Shown in pieces: positions 1-13,117 of a DNA stretch of 63,621 nucleotides (positions are counted from its first letter, which is position 1; every line of letters starts with the position of its first letter). A program made the position numbers and the translations under genes. The DNA is from Chiloscyllium plagiosum (Eukaryota), in NCBI RefSeq assembly GCF_004010195.1, contig NC_057720.1:4630656-4694276 (forward strand). The letters are read 5' to 3'. The notes beneath the pieces were generated by a model that made no database searches, had not been told where the DNA came from, and saw nothing but the letters and a program-made list of their open reading frames with translations.

Positions 1-164
1 CTTTTTGGATGTACTCTGCTTTGTCCAGGATGACCGTCATTCTGCCTTTGTCTGCCGACCACTGCAACTGACAGCTGGAACTGACAACCGGAGGCGGCAG
101 ATTCAAACCACTACAAATGCCAGAGGAAAGATCACAGAAGCGCTTCACAGGAGTTTCCCAAGCA

Positions 165-198
165 CTGAGGATGTCACCCAGACAGGGGACGAAACGTC
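165..198 (+). ncRNA. Minimal hammerhead ribozyme core in a Penelope-like element terminal repeat (element tail about 40-272)
   Basis: CTGAGGA-T-GTCACCC-AGACA-GGGGAC-GAAAC-GTC: CUGANGA box, stem II, GAAA box, palindromic ACGT and a GUC cleavage triplet. Confidence 0.65.
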
Positions 199-703
199 TG
201 CAACACAAATTCCCAGCTCGGCGAACAGAACCACAACAACGAGCACCCGAGCTACAAACCTTCGCACAAACTTTGGATTTTATAAATGTTATGAAATAGC
301 GGTGAACCCTTCTGTTAATTAAACCAAACACCCAGAAGAGCTCACCTCGCCTCGTAACTTGTTAAAGTATGAGTGACAAAGAACTCCCAAATTCTACTAC
401 TTAAAAAAATCAATATCAATTTATTCCTTAACTCTAAAAGTGAACATTAAACAACTATTCACAACTCTAAGCCCCCTTTCTCTTAACTGTTCATTACCTG
501 CCTCCAACTCTATAACAATATACCATTCCAATAAAACTCTTACTAAACTTACATTAACTTAATTTTAAAACCATACAGCAGCTGTCGCCTTTGGAGTCTG
601 TCTTCTTTCGGATGAAGATCTCCCTGGGCCGTCGTCTTTCTTTTTACTGTGAAGATGTTTCATATGAAAAGGTACCTTTGATAGAGTTTTTCAAACTTTT
701 AAT

Positions 704-729
704 TCTCTCTCTCTCTCTCTCTCTCTCTC
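704..729. repeat. (TC)n microsatellite
   Basis: About 13 TC units read directly. Confidence 0.95.
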
Positions 730-1035
730 GATGGCAGTTACTCTGTCAATGGCAGTTATTCTCTGTCTGATTTTCAAAATGCCTGCTTTTTTAATACCCC
801 CAACATTGCATCATCTTATTGATTCGATGTTGGCAAAACAATAGATTCAAGATTGATTGGGCTTTAGTAGCCTTGGGCATAATTTAAACTGACTGGTTGG
901 GCATGGTGCCGGTGTAATTGTGGAAGATAGACTGTTCCACATAGCTAACAAAGAGACAGGTATAGCTGGGGCCATGCAGGTGCCCATAGCTACCCCTCTC
1001 ATCTGGAGGAAGTGGGGGGATTCCAAGGAGAAATT

Positions 1036-1743
1036 CCAGAAGTAGCTTAGCTCGCTGAGCTGGAAAGTTAGTTTTTAGACGTTTCGTCACCATACTATGT
1101 AACATCTTTAGTGAGCCTCCAGACGAAGCACTGGTGTGTTTCCTGCTTTCTATTTCTATGTTTGGATTTCCTTGGGTTGGTGATGTCATTTCCTGTGGTG
1201 ATATCATTTCCTATGGTGATGTAACTTCCTGTTCTTTTTCCCAGGGGGTGGTAAATGGGATCCAAGTCAATGTATTTGTTGATGGAGTTCTGGTTGGAAT
1301 GCCATGCTTCCAGAAATTCTCATGTGTGTCTCTGTTTGGCTTGTCCTAGGATGGATGTGTTGTCCTAGTCAAAGTGGTGTCCTTCCTTATCTGTAAGGAT
1401 ACCAGTAAGAGAGGGTCATGTCGGTTTGTGGCTAGTTGATGTTCATGTATCCTGGTGGCTAGTATTCTGCCTGTTTGTCCAATGTAGTGTTTGCTACAGT
1501 TCTTGCATGGTATTTTGTAAATGACATTAGTTTTGCTTGTTGTCTGAATTGGGTCTTTCAAGTTCATTAGCTGCTGTTTTAGTGTGTAATAGAAAGCAGG
1601 AAACACCAGCAGTGCTTCTTCCGGAGACTCACTGAATATGTTACCTAATATGGTGGCGAAACGTCTAAAAATGAACCTTCCAGCTCAGCGAGCAAACCTA
1701 CATCCAGAACCTCAACCTGGGCTAGAAATCTTCTCAAATCTCG
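1036..1743 (-). mobile_element. Penelope/Poseidon-type PLE 3' fragment (GIY-YIG endonuclease) with inverted terminal repeats
   Basis: ORF 1346-1606 contains NVIYKIPCKNCSKHYIGQTGRILATRIHEH. About 1049-1155 and 1587-1695 are inverted copies. Flanked by the direct repeat AAGGAGAAATT (1025-1035 / 1744-1754). Confidence 0.8.
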
Positions 1744-1943
1744 AAGGAGAAATTGTTGAGGGTGAGGACCAGTTCAGCCAAATGAATAAGAGTGTCAGTG
1801 GAAGGGTACTGGTGGATATGTAGGGAGAGGAAGGAATGGAGGGCTTGGGTCCCTGGTCATGGCTGATGGAGGTGCTGAGGGACTAGATGTCCATAGTGAA
1901 AATGACACGCTGGGGCCAAGGAAGTGGAAGTCTTCGAGGAGGT

Positions 1944-4290
1944 ATGCAAATGTACCTATTAGAGAAGGTGCAAAACTTGACCTACTCTTGGGAAATAAGG
2001 CAGGACAGATGACTGAGGTATCAGTGGGGGAGCACTTTGGGACCAGCGACCATAATTCTATTAGTTTTAAAAAGGATAGACCAGATCTAAAAGTTGAAGT
2101 TCTATATTGGAGAAAAGCCAATTTTGACGGCATTAGGTAAGAATTTACAAAAGCTGATTGGGCACACATGTTCACAGGTAAATGGACAGCTGGAAAATGG
2201 GAAGCCTTCAGAAATGAGATAACGAGAGTCCAGAGAAAGTATATTCATGTTATGGTGAAAGGAAAGGCTGGTAGGTATAGGGAATGTTGGATGATTAAAG
2301 AATTTGAGGGTTTGGTTAAGAAAAAGAAGGAAGCATATGTCAGGTATAGATAGGATAGATTGAGTTAGTCCTTAGAAGAGTATAACGGCAGTAGGAGTAT
2401 ACTTAAGAGAGAAATCAGGAGGGCAAAAAGAGGACATGAAATAGCTTTGGCAAATAGAGTTAAGGAGAATCCAAAAGATTTTTAAAAATACATTAAGGAT
2501 AAAAGGGTAACTATGGAGAGAATAGCCCCCATCAAAGATCAGTAAGGCAACTTTTGTGTGGATACTCAGAAGATGGGGGAGATACTAAATGAGTATTTCG
2601 CAACAGTACTTACTGTGAAAAAGGATATGGAAGATATAGAATGTAGGGAAATAGATGATGACATCTTGAAAAATGTCGATATTACAGAGGAGGAACTGCT
2701 GGATGTCTTGAAATGCATAAAAGTGGACAAATCCCCAGGATCTGATCAGGTGTACCCTAGAACTCTGTGGGAAGGTAAGGAAGTGATTGCTGGGTTTCTT
2801 ACTGAGATATTTGTATCATTGATAGTCACAGGTGAGATGCCAGAAGACTGGAGGTTGGCTAACATGGTGCCACTGTTTAAGAAAGGTGGTAAGGACAAGC
2901 CAGGGAACTATAGACCAGTGAGCCTGACGTCGGTGGTGGGCAAGTTGTTGGAGGGAATCCTGAGGGACAGGATGTACATGTATTTGGAAAGGCAAGGCCT
3001 GATTATGAATAGTCAACATGGTTTCATGTGTGGGAAATCATGTCACACAAACTTAATTGAATTTTTTGAAGAAGTAACAAAGAGGATTGATGAGGGCAGA
3101 ATGGTAGATGTGATCTATATGGACTTCAGTAAGGCATTTGACAAGGTTTCCCATGGGAGACTGGTGAGCAAGGTTAGATCTCATGGAATACAGGGAGAAC
3201 TCACAACTTTGATACAGAACTGGCTCAAAGGTAGAAGACAGAGGGTGGTGGTGGAGGGTTGTTTTTCAGACTGAAGGCCTGTGACCAGTGGAGTGCCACA
3301 AGGATCGGTGCTGGGTCCACTTCTTTTTGTCATTTATACAAATGATTTGGATGCGAGCATAAGAAGTATAATTAGTAAGTTTGCAGATGACACCAAAATT
3401 GGAGGTGTAGTGGACAGCGAAGAAGGTTACCTCAGTTTACAATGGGATCTTGATCAGATGGGCCAATGGGCTGAGGAGTGGCAGATAGAGTTTAATTCAG
3501 ATAAATGCGAGGTGCTGCATTTTGGGAAAGCAAATCTTAGCAGGACTTATATGCTTAATGGTAAGGTCCTAGGGAGTGTTGCTGAACAAAGAGACCTTGG
3601 AGTGCAGGTTCATAGCTCCTTGAAAGTGGAGTCATAGGTAGATAGGATAGTGAAGAAGGTGTTTGGTATGCTTTCGTTTATTGGTCAGAGTATTGAGTAC
3701 AGGAGTTAGGAGGTCATGTTGCGGCTGTACAGGACATTGGTTAGACCACTGTTGGAATATTGCGCGCAATTCTGGTCTCCTTCCTATCAGAAAGATGTTG
3801 TGAAACTTGAAAGGGTTTAGAAAAGATTTGCAAGGATGTTGCCAGGGTTTGGAGGATTTGAGCTATAGGGAGAGGCTGACAGGCTGGGGCTGTTTTCCCT
3901 GGAGTGTTGGAGGCTGATGGGTGACCTTATAGAGATTTATAAAATCATGAGGGGCATGGACAGGATAAATAGACAAAGTTTTTTCCCCGGGGTGGTTGAG
4001 TCCAGAGCTAGAGGGCATAGGTTTAGGGTGAGAGGGGAAAGATATAAAATAGACCTAACAGGCAACTTTTTCACTCAGAGGGTGGTACGTGTATGGAATG
4101 AGCTGCCAGAGGAAGTGGTGGAGGCTGGTACAATTGCAACATTTAAAAGGCATCAGGATGGGTATATGAAGAGGAAGGGTTGGTGCTGGCAGGTGGGACT
4201 AGATTGGTTTGGGATATCTGGTCAGCATGGACGAGTTGGACCGAAGGGTCTGTTTCCGTGCTGTACATCTCCATGACTGTATGACTGTAC
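1944..4290 (+). mobile_element. 5'-truncated CR1 LINE (ORF2 RT region and 3' tail), decayed
   Basis: Motifs SDHN, NYRPVSLTSVVGK, MDFSKAFD, GVPQGSVLGP, KFADDTK, FFTQRVVRVWNELP. Tail is ATGACTGT repeats. GAGGT direct repeat at 1939-1943 / 4291-4295. Confidence 0.92.
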
Positions 4291-5785
4291 GAGGTGGAGG
4301 GCATGGGTGGTATCTTGAACCTATGTGGGGAGTTCCTGGACCGGGGAGGGGGGAGGTAGGACATTATTGGGGTATGTGGAGATGAATTCGGTGGGTAGGA
4401 GCAGGCTGAAACAGTGGGTCGACCAGGGTAGTTAGGCTTGTGAATCTTGGGTAGGAGGTAGAATTAGGTGGTGCAGGCTTCCCAAACCATGAGGTTGGAA
4501 GTTGTGGATTGGAGATCCCCGAGGTGATGAGGTTGTGTACGAATTCAATACGCATTGTGACTATGAACACGTGTTCCACCGCGTTCGCCTCCAAGCATAC
4601 TTTATCAATCAGGACTACCGCTCAACATCCGAGGGCCCCTTCGCCTGCCTCCAATGCACCCCATCCACCTAGACACCCCGTGCTGGTCTATTACTCGGCC
4701 TCAACCTCTATATTTCCAACTGCCGCCGAGACATTAACCGCCTCAATCTGTCTACCCCCCTCCCCCACTCCAACCTCTCACCTTCACAATGCGCAGCCCT
4801 CCACTCCCTCTGCTCCAACCCTAACCTCACCATCAAACCAGCGGATAAAGGGAGTGCAGTGGTAGTTTGGCGCACTGACCTCTACACTGCTGAAGCCAGA
4901 CGCCAACTTGAAGACACCTCCTCCTACTGACCCCTCAACAATGACCTCACCTCCCATCACGAAACCAACATCTCCCAGACTGTACACAACCTCATCACCT
5001 CAAGGGATCTCCCTCCCACTGCCTCCAACCTCATAGTTCAGGAACCCCGCACTGCCTGATTCTACCTCCTACCCAAGATCCACAAGCCTGACCACCCTGT
5101 CTGACCCATTGTCTGAGCCTGCTCCAGCCCCACCGAATTCAACTCCATTTACCTCGATACTATCCTGTTGCCCTGGTCCAAGAACTCTCCACTTAGGTTC
5201 GCGACACCACCCACGACCTCTACCTTCTCCAATACTTCTGTTTCCCCGGCCCCCAACACCTCATCTTCACCATGGACATATACACCTCCATCTGCCATAA
5301 CCTGGGCATCCAAGCCCTCCATCTCTTCCTCTCCCGACCTCCCCACTAGTACCCGTCCACTGACACTCTCATTTGTTTGGGTGAACTGGTCTTCACCTCA
5401 ACAATTTCTCCTTCCAATCCTCCCACTTCCTCCAGATGAAAGGGGTAGCCATGGGCACCCTCATGGGCCCCAGCTATGCCTGTCTCTTTGTCGGCTACGT
5501 GGAACAGTCTATCTTCTGCAGTTACACCGGCACCACCTTTTCCTCCACTACATTGATGACTGCATCGGCGCTATCTCATCCACCCACACCCTCCACCTCC
5601 TCCAATATTTCTGTTTCCCTGGCCCCGAACACCTCATCTTCACCATGGACATCAAGTCCCGATACACCTACATCAGGTTGAACAGTTCATCAACTTCACC
5701 AACACATTCCACCCCGACCTTAAATTCACCTGGACCATCTCTGGCACCTCTCTCTCCTTCCTGGACCTCTCCATCTCCGTCAACA

Positions 5786-6890
5786 GTGGTTAGCAAGATT
5801 AGAGCTCATGGAATAAAGGGACAACTAGCCATTTGGATATAGAACTGGCTCAAAAGTAGAAGACAGAGAATGGTAATGGAGGGTTGTTTTTCAGACTGGA
5901 GGCTTGTGACCAGTGGAGTGCCACAAGGATCAGTGCTTGGTCCAGTACTTTTTGTCATTTATATAAAAGATTTGGATATGAACATAGGAAGTATAGTTAG
6001 TAAGTTTGCAGATGACATCAAAATTGGAGGTGTAGTGGATATTGAAGAAAGTTACCTCAGATTACAACAGGATCTTGTTCAGATGGGCCAATGGGCTGAG
6101 AAGTGGCAGATGGGGTTTAATTTAGATAAATGTGACGTGCTGCATTTTGGGAAAGCAAATCAGAGCAGGACTTATACATTTAATGTAAGGTCCTAGGGAA
6201 TGTTGCTGAACAAAGAGACCGTGGAGTGCAGGTTCAAAACGTCTTGAATGTGGAGTTGCAGGTAGGTAGAATAATGAATAAGGCATTTGGTATGCTTTCC
6301 TTTATTGAACGCAGCATTGAGTATAAGAGTTGGGAGGTCATGTTGTGGCTGTACAGGACATTGGTTAGGAATGTTGTGTGCAATTCTGGTCTCCTTCCTA
6401 TCGGAAGGATGTGGTGAAATTTGAAAGGGTTCAGAAAAGATTTACAAAGACGTTACCAAGGTTGGAGGATTTGAGCTATAGGGAGAGGCTGAATAGACTG
6501 GATATGTTTTCCTTGGAGCATCGGAGAGCTGACCAGTGACTAAGTAAAGTCATAAGGGGCATGGATAGGATAAATAGACAAAGTCTTTTCCCTGGGGTCA
6601 GGGAGTCCAGAACTAGAGGGCATAGATTTAGGGTGCGAGGGGAAAGATATAAAAGAGACCGAAGAGGCAATGTTTTCACACAGTGGTACGTGTATGGAAT
6701 GAGCTGCCAGAGGATGTGGTAGAGGCTGGTACAATTGCAACATTTAAAAGGCATCTGGATGGGTATATGCATAGGAAGGGTTTGGATGGATAGAGGCTAA
6801 ATGCTGGCAAATGAGACTAGATTGGGTTGGAATATCTGGTTGGCTTGGACGAGTTGGACCGAAGGGTCTGTCTCCGTGCTGTACAGCTCG
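5786..6890 (+). mobile_element. CR1 LINE 3' fragment
   Basis: GVPQGSVLGP, KFADDIK, WAEKWQMGFN; same 3' UTR as the 1944-4290 copy. Confidence 0.9.
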
Positions 6891-7338
6891 ATAACACAAT
6901 TTCACTTCAGCTCTGATGAAGAATTGCCAGAATCGAAATGTTAGCTTGCCCTCTCTCCATGGATGCTGCCTTACCCGCTGTGATCTCCAGCATTTGTTGT
7001 TTTCAGTGTGAGCTGTAGATGACGGACAGGGTTTGAGCTGGTTAATATAGCGCTGTATTTTGGAAAAAGGAAGTATTGAATAGAGGCTGAGGGATAAGAA
7101 GCCAATGTTAAGAAGTGACTCTTAAACAGCAGGCAGATATAAAGCGATTTTCCTTTTCCCAGGAGCAATGTTGCCTAAAAGATGGTCAAAGCTTCATAAA
7201 TGATTGAATGTTGTTCAGGACATGGAATACGGGGGAGAACTTCTCTACAAAGTTACATTTGCCAGGATGCGTCAACATTTTCCTGTTATCACACAAACCG
7301 AGATAGAGATAGAGAGAGCCAGGAGGCGGCATCATCAC

Positions 7339-7359
7339 TCACATGACACTCGGTATAAA
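7339..7359 (+). promoter_or_regulatory. Candidate core promoter of the CTBS-like gene: M-box/CLEAR-like E-box (TCACATGAC) and TATA box (TATAAA)
   Basis: TCACATGAC at 7339-7347 (reverse complement GTCATGTGA). TATAAA at 7354-7359, about 50 nt upstream of the ATG at 7407. Confidence 0.45.
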
Positions 7360-7406
7360 TGAAGCAGCTCACTGTGTCTGATGGATCTTCATCTCCGGCC
7401 GAGAGG

Positions 7407-7556
7407 ATGCGCTGGAGTTTGGTTTTGGTGCAGTTTCTGGCGGTGCTGGCGCTGGGGATCCGCCCAAGCTCCGGGGCTGGTTCCTTGACCAGGTGTCCGT
7501 GTCCATCCCTGAATCTGTGCCAGCCTCTGCCCGCCGACCATCAGTACCAAGTCGAG
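7407..7556 (+). CDS. CTBS-like: CTBS-like (GH18 di-N-acetylchitobiase-like) exon 1, signal peptide and CPC..LC motif
   Basis: MRWSLVLVQFLAVLALGIRPSSGAGSLTRCPCPSLNLCQPLPADHQYQVE. Hydrophobic signal peptide and the CPCxxxxLC motif typical of CTBS. Donor GAG|GTAGGT, phase 0. Confidence 0.88.
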
Positions 7557-8234
7557 GTAGGTATTTGCAAACCATTCAATTCTCTGGTTGCCTGGAAGTT
7601 GTCTTTTGAAGGCCATTGAGCAGCAACACTTGGAATGGAGTATTGGGATGGGAGCTCCTGTCTCTCCCCGTGTGCTGCTGCTCCTCTCCCCAGCCCCCGC
7701 TCTGTTGTGTGAGTTGGGAGAGATTCTCCTCTGGAGGATGTTCTTTCCCTCCCCGGGGCTGGCCTGGCTTCGGCTGGGGAACAGTGTCCCTCCCAGTCAG
7801 GCTCCAGCTCCACTCCGGGCCCTGGGGGATCCAGACTGGAGAAGGCTCCTTGAAACAAACCAAGGGTCAGGTCCAGGCTGAGGGGCTGAGTCCTGCTCAG
7901 GGACAGGGGGAGCTGGACTAGCTCAGATCCTTGTTGGGATGCAGAGAGGATCAAATTCTCTCCAATCCAGATGGGAAAGTGTGCAACTTGCTCTAGTTCC
8001 AGCCTGTGTGAAACAGGAGCCTCGGGAAAACTGAGCAGTGCAAAGATATTTTAACAAGGGCAGCAGCAGCAGGAAAAGATTTCTGTTAAACGGTGTCCCT
8101 GATGTACAGCCTCTGGAATGAAGTGTGATCCATTCTGGCAGTTTAATCCCATGGATCAGGATTGCTGTTTGCACAGAATATTTACCCAAGATATTTTAAA
8201 TAATACTTTTCAAAGTTCATGGGGTGTGGACATC

Positions 8235-8945
8235 TCTACCTGGGCATTTCTTGCCTGTCCCTAGCTGGCCTTGAGAAGCTGGGGGATGAGCTGCCTTCTT
8301 GAACTGCTGCTGTAGGTTGACCCACAATGCCCTGAGGGAGGGAGTTCCAGGATTGTTACCCCGTGACACTGAAGCAGCAGTGATATACTTCTAAGTCAGG
8401 ATGGTGAGTGGCTTGGAGGGGAATTTGCAGGTGGTGGTGTTCCCCTATATCTTCTGCCCTTGTCATTCTAGATGTAAGTGGTCAAGGGTTTGAAAGGTGC
8501 TATTGGAGGAGCCTTGGTGAATTTGTGCTGTGTGTCTTGTAGATAGTACACATTGTTGCTACTGAGTGTCCAGTGATGGGATGCTGAATGTGATAGGTAC
8601 CACTCAAGTGGGGGCTGCTTTGTCTTGGATGGTGTCCAGCTTCTTGAGTGTTGTTGGAGCTGCACCTACCAAAACAAGTAGGGAGTATTCCAGCACACTC
8701 CTGACTTCTGCCTTCTGGATAATGGACACTTTTGTTGAATTCCTAACCACAGAATTCATAGCTTTAACCCGCTTTTGTATGGCATGGAGAAAGTGAGGAC
8801 TGCCGATGCTGGACAAACTGGCATGTCCAGTTTTAGGTCAAAGGTATCTCCCAGAATGGTGATAATGTGGGATTCAGCAGTGGCAATGCCATTGAATGAT
8901 AAGGTGTGATGGTTAGATTCTTTCTGCTTGGAGACAGTCATTGTC
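8235..8945 (-). mobile_element. Decayed LINE 3' fragment (second family, L2/CR1-group); further copies at about 15270-15940, 35190-35880 and 54065-55200
   Basis: Recurrent peptide VRSVMEYSPxAWMGAAPTTLKKLDTIQDKAA and a shared 3' UTR across several copies. Confidence 0.7.
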
Positions 8946-9430
8946 TGTGCTATGATTATAAATGCAGCACCAATTAAATCCTTTCTTTAAAAAAATATTC
9001 TGAGATGTAAACTCGTAAATGATGTGTGATCTTACAATGACAGCTTAATACCATAGTTGAGGCTTGCTGTTTTCACAGAATATTGACCCTGAAGCACCAG
9101 TTAAGAATCTTGGGGGTCACGTAATAAAATTGTGACTTCACCTCAGCTTTTGTCAACCTGAGATTCTGGTTTGGATTAAAGTGCATACAATTTAATAGAT
9201 CTTAGGACAAACCTTAGTGTAAAATGACAATGTAACTGTTCAGTAGTTGCTGAGGTTCAGGGTAATGTTGCTCAGTGGACAGTGTGGTCACAAGGGATTC
9301 AGCAAATAACCTGCAGACTCAATCCCTTTCCTGGTCTGTTACCGGAGCGTGGATAATGTTATTTATTTTGAAGAAAGATTGATGTTGTTTCATGTCATTT
9401 CTTCGACTGACTGCCTTATTTTTGTAACAG

Positions 9431-9569
9431 GTCGTTGTCTTTGATAGTGGAGGAATGGATTGGAAACATTACGACTGGTCAAAGGTCACGACAATTGTTG
9501 CCTTTGGAAAGTATGACCGTGAGCTATTGTGTCATGCTCATGCAAATCATGTTCGAGTTGTCCTGAAAG
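9431..9569 (+). CDS. CTBS-like: CTBS-like exon 2
   Basis: Acceptor tttgtaacag|, VVVFDSGGMDWKHYDWSKVTTIVAFGKYDRELLCHAHANHVRVVLK, donor AAAG|GTAACT, 139 nt. Matches recalled CTBS VFVFDVGQKTWKSYDWSQITTVATFGKYDSELMCYAH. Confidence 0.95.
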
Positions 9570-10374
9570 GTAACTAATTTTATCACAAAAAAGAAAAAAT
9601 CAAATCCTCACAAAATGCCAGCCTCATTACAACAGTCTTATAAAGGAACACAGTGTGCAGAGTTTTCTTAGCAATTCTAATTTGTCTTCCCTTAACATTC
9701 CATACATTCCTCCCCAGCTTTGATACAACAGTTGCAAATTATTCTGTGCAATGTATTAAAAATTTCACAATGACGCATCTTTTCTGTCTGCAAAGCATTA
9801 CTTCCCATTGTCTAATTTTTCCACACATTTGCACTTCATGTTTCTACTTACCAATTCCTCTGTACATGTTTATAATGGAAAATATCTCTGCAAACTTGTT
9901 CAACAATATTGCAACCTCCCTGTTTTGTCTCTTCCAGTTTAGATTGCCATGAAGTAATATGAGATCAAAATCTTATATAAAAAAAGACAAGAAATTTCAC
10001 AGTGGGGATTAATTCGGTGTGAATGCTCTAGTTGAAATATCCTTCATGTTTAATTTTGCTTTTACACTTACAGTGAACTCCAGAGTGGCTTTTCTCCATT
10101 ATTGCTGGGGATTGGCCACTCCTGTATGTTTTGTTTTGCACCTTTCCTGTCAAGTTTGAGGTCTTTGCTGGGTGTGTGAGCACTGAGGCAGGAGTGGCTG
10201 GAAGTTAATAATAGCTTTTAAATTCAATTATGGAATGTGAGCATTGCTGGCTAGGCCAGCATTTATTGTCCTTATTGAATTGGCCAGGCAGTCATTTCGA
10301 ATCAACCCCATTGCTGTGGTTAATGAGAACACCAGAGATGCATTAACATGAAAGTTGGATGGCACCAAAAGGAA

Positions 10375-10429
10375 TAGATTAGATTAGATTAGATTAGATT
10401 TAGATTAGATTAGATTAGATTAGATTAGA
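10375..10429. repeat. (TTAGA)n pentanucleotide microsatellite
   Basis: About 11 units. It is the reverse complement of the TCTAA-type tails seen on HE1-like SINEs in this window. Confidence 0.9.
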
Positions 10430-11417
10430 ATAGAAATATAATTGGATAAATTGAGACACTGGAAGAGGGTTGAATACTCAGTCAATGCTCATTAATTCTG
10501 AGCAAATATTCTACCTACCAAAAATAATAGATGAATAATCATGGTCTGTGGTTTGTGTAATTTCTCAATGTTGAGAAGTGAGAAATGTTACAAAATTGTC
10601 ACGCCTCATTGGGATTGTACCCTGGATATCCAAGTCCTGCTACTCTCAGAGTCACACTAATTGTCATACATTTCATAAAACGATGCAAAGTTCCCCAAAT
10701 TATTTGCATTTTAGACCCATATTGACATAAAGCAAGGGTCTGCTTTCTGTACTGAACACAAGTTGACATTTATTGCAAACAAATAGATTTCAGCTACAGG
10801 TAAACAATTATGAACTATTGGCATTTAACTCTAAAGGTTAAAACTCTAACCCCCCTTGTAAAATTGCCTCTATATACCAATACAGTCAGATACAGACAGA
10901 GAAACATATCTGGGTGGCATGGGCAGAGGGAAGTATTAGGAAGGCAGTTAATATGGTTCCTATTCCAGGGTTTGCTGAGATGCACCTTCTGGCTTGTCAG
11001 GACTTGCTACTCCTCAACCTCCTTTCTCTAGGGGCTTTCACTTGTTTGCAAGAGGCATAGGGTGACTGGATAGGAGGAAGTAAAATAGCTTTTATCAGAC
11101 TTGAGGAGTTTTTACTGCTCATTCTTTTCTAGAGGTCCAATGATGTCTGCCCAAGTATTCTCACACACAACTATCTGGGAATCACTAACATAGTTGTTAG
11201 CAGGCAAAAGGTCCTTGTTATCAAAAATGGGTCAGCAGTGCTAGACCAGTCAGCAGCTCATTGCCAGCCAAAACTCTGTTGTACATACTCCTTGGCTCGA
11301 GCTCATCTACAACTAGACTTGCCCAGTGCTTGAACAAGCAGTTGTGTAAACAACGCTTACAATGAGTGTCAGACTATTTGCTTTTTTAAAAATGCAGCAA
11401 TCCCTTCCTTCTATTGG

Positions 11418-11775
11418 GGAAGCAATGGCTTAGTGATATTGTTGCTGGACTGTTAATCCAGAGACCCAGGCAATATCCTAGGGATCAGAGTTCAAATTTT
11501 GCCGTGGCAAATGGTGGAATCAGAATTCAATAAACACCTGGAGTTAAAAGTCCAATGATGACCATGAATCCATTATCAATTGTTGGGGAAATAAAATCTG
11601 ATTCACTAATGTCCTTTAGGGAAGGAAAGTGCTATCCTTACCTGGTCTGATCTACATGTGACTCCAAAACCCACAGCAATGTGGTTGACTGTTAACTGCC
11701 CTCTGGGCAATTAGGGTTGGGCAATGAATGCTGTCCAAGCCAGCAAAGCCCTCATCCCATGAATTAAAAAAAAAT
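11418..11775 (+). mobile_element. tRNA-derived SINE with LINE-like tail; related copies at about 23310-23660, 23985-24100 and 60290-60460
   Basis: A-box/B-box-like head (TGGCTTAGTGA...GTTCAAATT). Conserved body CCTGGTCTGGCCTACATGTGACTCCAGACCCACAGCAATGTGGTTGACT. A-rich end. Confidence 0.7.
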
Positions 11776-13117
11776 CTGTTTTCTCTTTACACATTTCAGG
11801 CTACAATTAAAAATGCAGAAATATTAAAAGGTAATGTCTTATGAACTGTTATGATAAAGCTTCCTCTTAACTGTTATGAAGTTATAAAGAAATCAGTTGC
11901 TGTCCAAAGTATAGAGTCAGATAGGTTGAGCCATTTTTTAAAGGAGACTATTGGAAGTCTTGGTGACCTTGTAGTTTGGAATACGTAGACACAGGTCACA
12001 TGATATGCAAACTCCCATTAGAAATCAAGATCACTTTACTGTTTAAATATCTCTTCTAGGTCAGAAGGTTGGGTTTACCCTGGGACTTTACATTTAGTGC
12101 AGCACTGAGGGAGTGCTGCATTTCTGATGAAATACTGAACACCCTCTGCTGAGGTGCACATAGAAGGCCCCAATGGCACAATTTTACGAAGAACGGGAAG
12201 TTCTTGGGGTGCCCTAGGCAACATTTTTTCCTCATCTAACACCAATAAAACAATAAACTGATCCCTCTTGATTACCTAACTTCCTATTCATGGCCCCTTG
12301 CTGGGGATAAATAGATACAATATCTGCGAACAAGATATCAGTCATTATACTTTAGAAATAATTCTCTTGTTTTGAAGGAGATTCTTAGACTGTGGAAGGC
12401 ACAATGTAAATTCAGCTACCAGGGAGATCTTCCTTGACTACTATCTAAGAACAACATAGGACAGTACAGCACAGGAATAGGCCATTCGGCCCACCAAGAT
12501 TGTGCTGATACATGATATCTTTCTAAACTAAAAACCTTCTGCCTCTATGCGATCTGAGTCCCTCTATTCCCTGCCTATTCATGTACCTGTCATGATGCCT
12601 CTTAAACGTTATTATTCTACATGCTTTACCACTTCCTCTCAGTGCATTTCAGGCACTTACCACACTCTGTGTGAAAAAACATGCCTCTCACATCTCCTTT
12701 AAAGAATCCCCCCTTTACATTAAACTATGTGCCCTAACAAGTGACATTTCCAACCTTGAAAAAAAGACACTGATTATCCATTCTATTCAAGCCTTTCATA
12801 AATTTGTAAACTTCTATCGACTTCATATTTGCAATTCTTTCAGAGTTTGGGGCTGTCTGTTGTGCAAATGATGCCAGCAGCATGGGTTTAGATAGCTGGT
12901 TGGTGATGCCAGCAGCATGGGTTTAATTCCCACTTTGGCTGAGGTTACCATGAAGGACTCTCCTTCTCAATCTCTCCCCTTGCCTGAGGCGTGGTGACCC
13001 TCAGATTAAACCAACACCCATTGTCTTTCTCTAATTCATGAGAAGCCCTATGGTCTGGTTACAGTACATTGACTTTATCTTATAAATACCTGTTGCTCTT
13101 TCTTAATGCTTCACCAG

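Larger units (their letters stand above)
899..5785. mobile_element. Decayed Penelope-like element RT region; minus-strand part (899-4548, interrupted) plus inverted plus-strand part (about 4549-5785)
   Basis: The PLE RT motif GVAMGTxMGPSYACLFVGYVEQSIF appears at 5436-5530 (+) and 900-1010 (-). YIDDCIGA and LIFTMDIKS motifs are present, with frameshifts. Confidence 0.75.

Noticed and set aside
7359..7406. Upstream in-frame ATG extending exon 1 by 16 aa
   Set aside because: It overlaps the TATA-like box and would bury the signal peptide. The ATG at 7407 (AGGATGC) fits better, though this is not proven.
7541..8189. Several overlapping ORFs in GC-richer intron 1
   Set aside because: No recognisable domain or splice-consistent structure; expected by chance in GC-rich sequence.
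10375..10429. (TTAGA)n as an interstitial telomere
   Set aside because: The vertebrate telomere repeat is TTAGGG. This matches SINE/LINE tail repeats.
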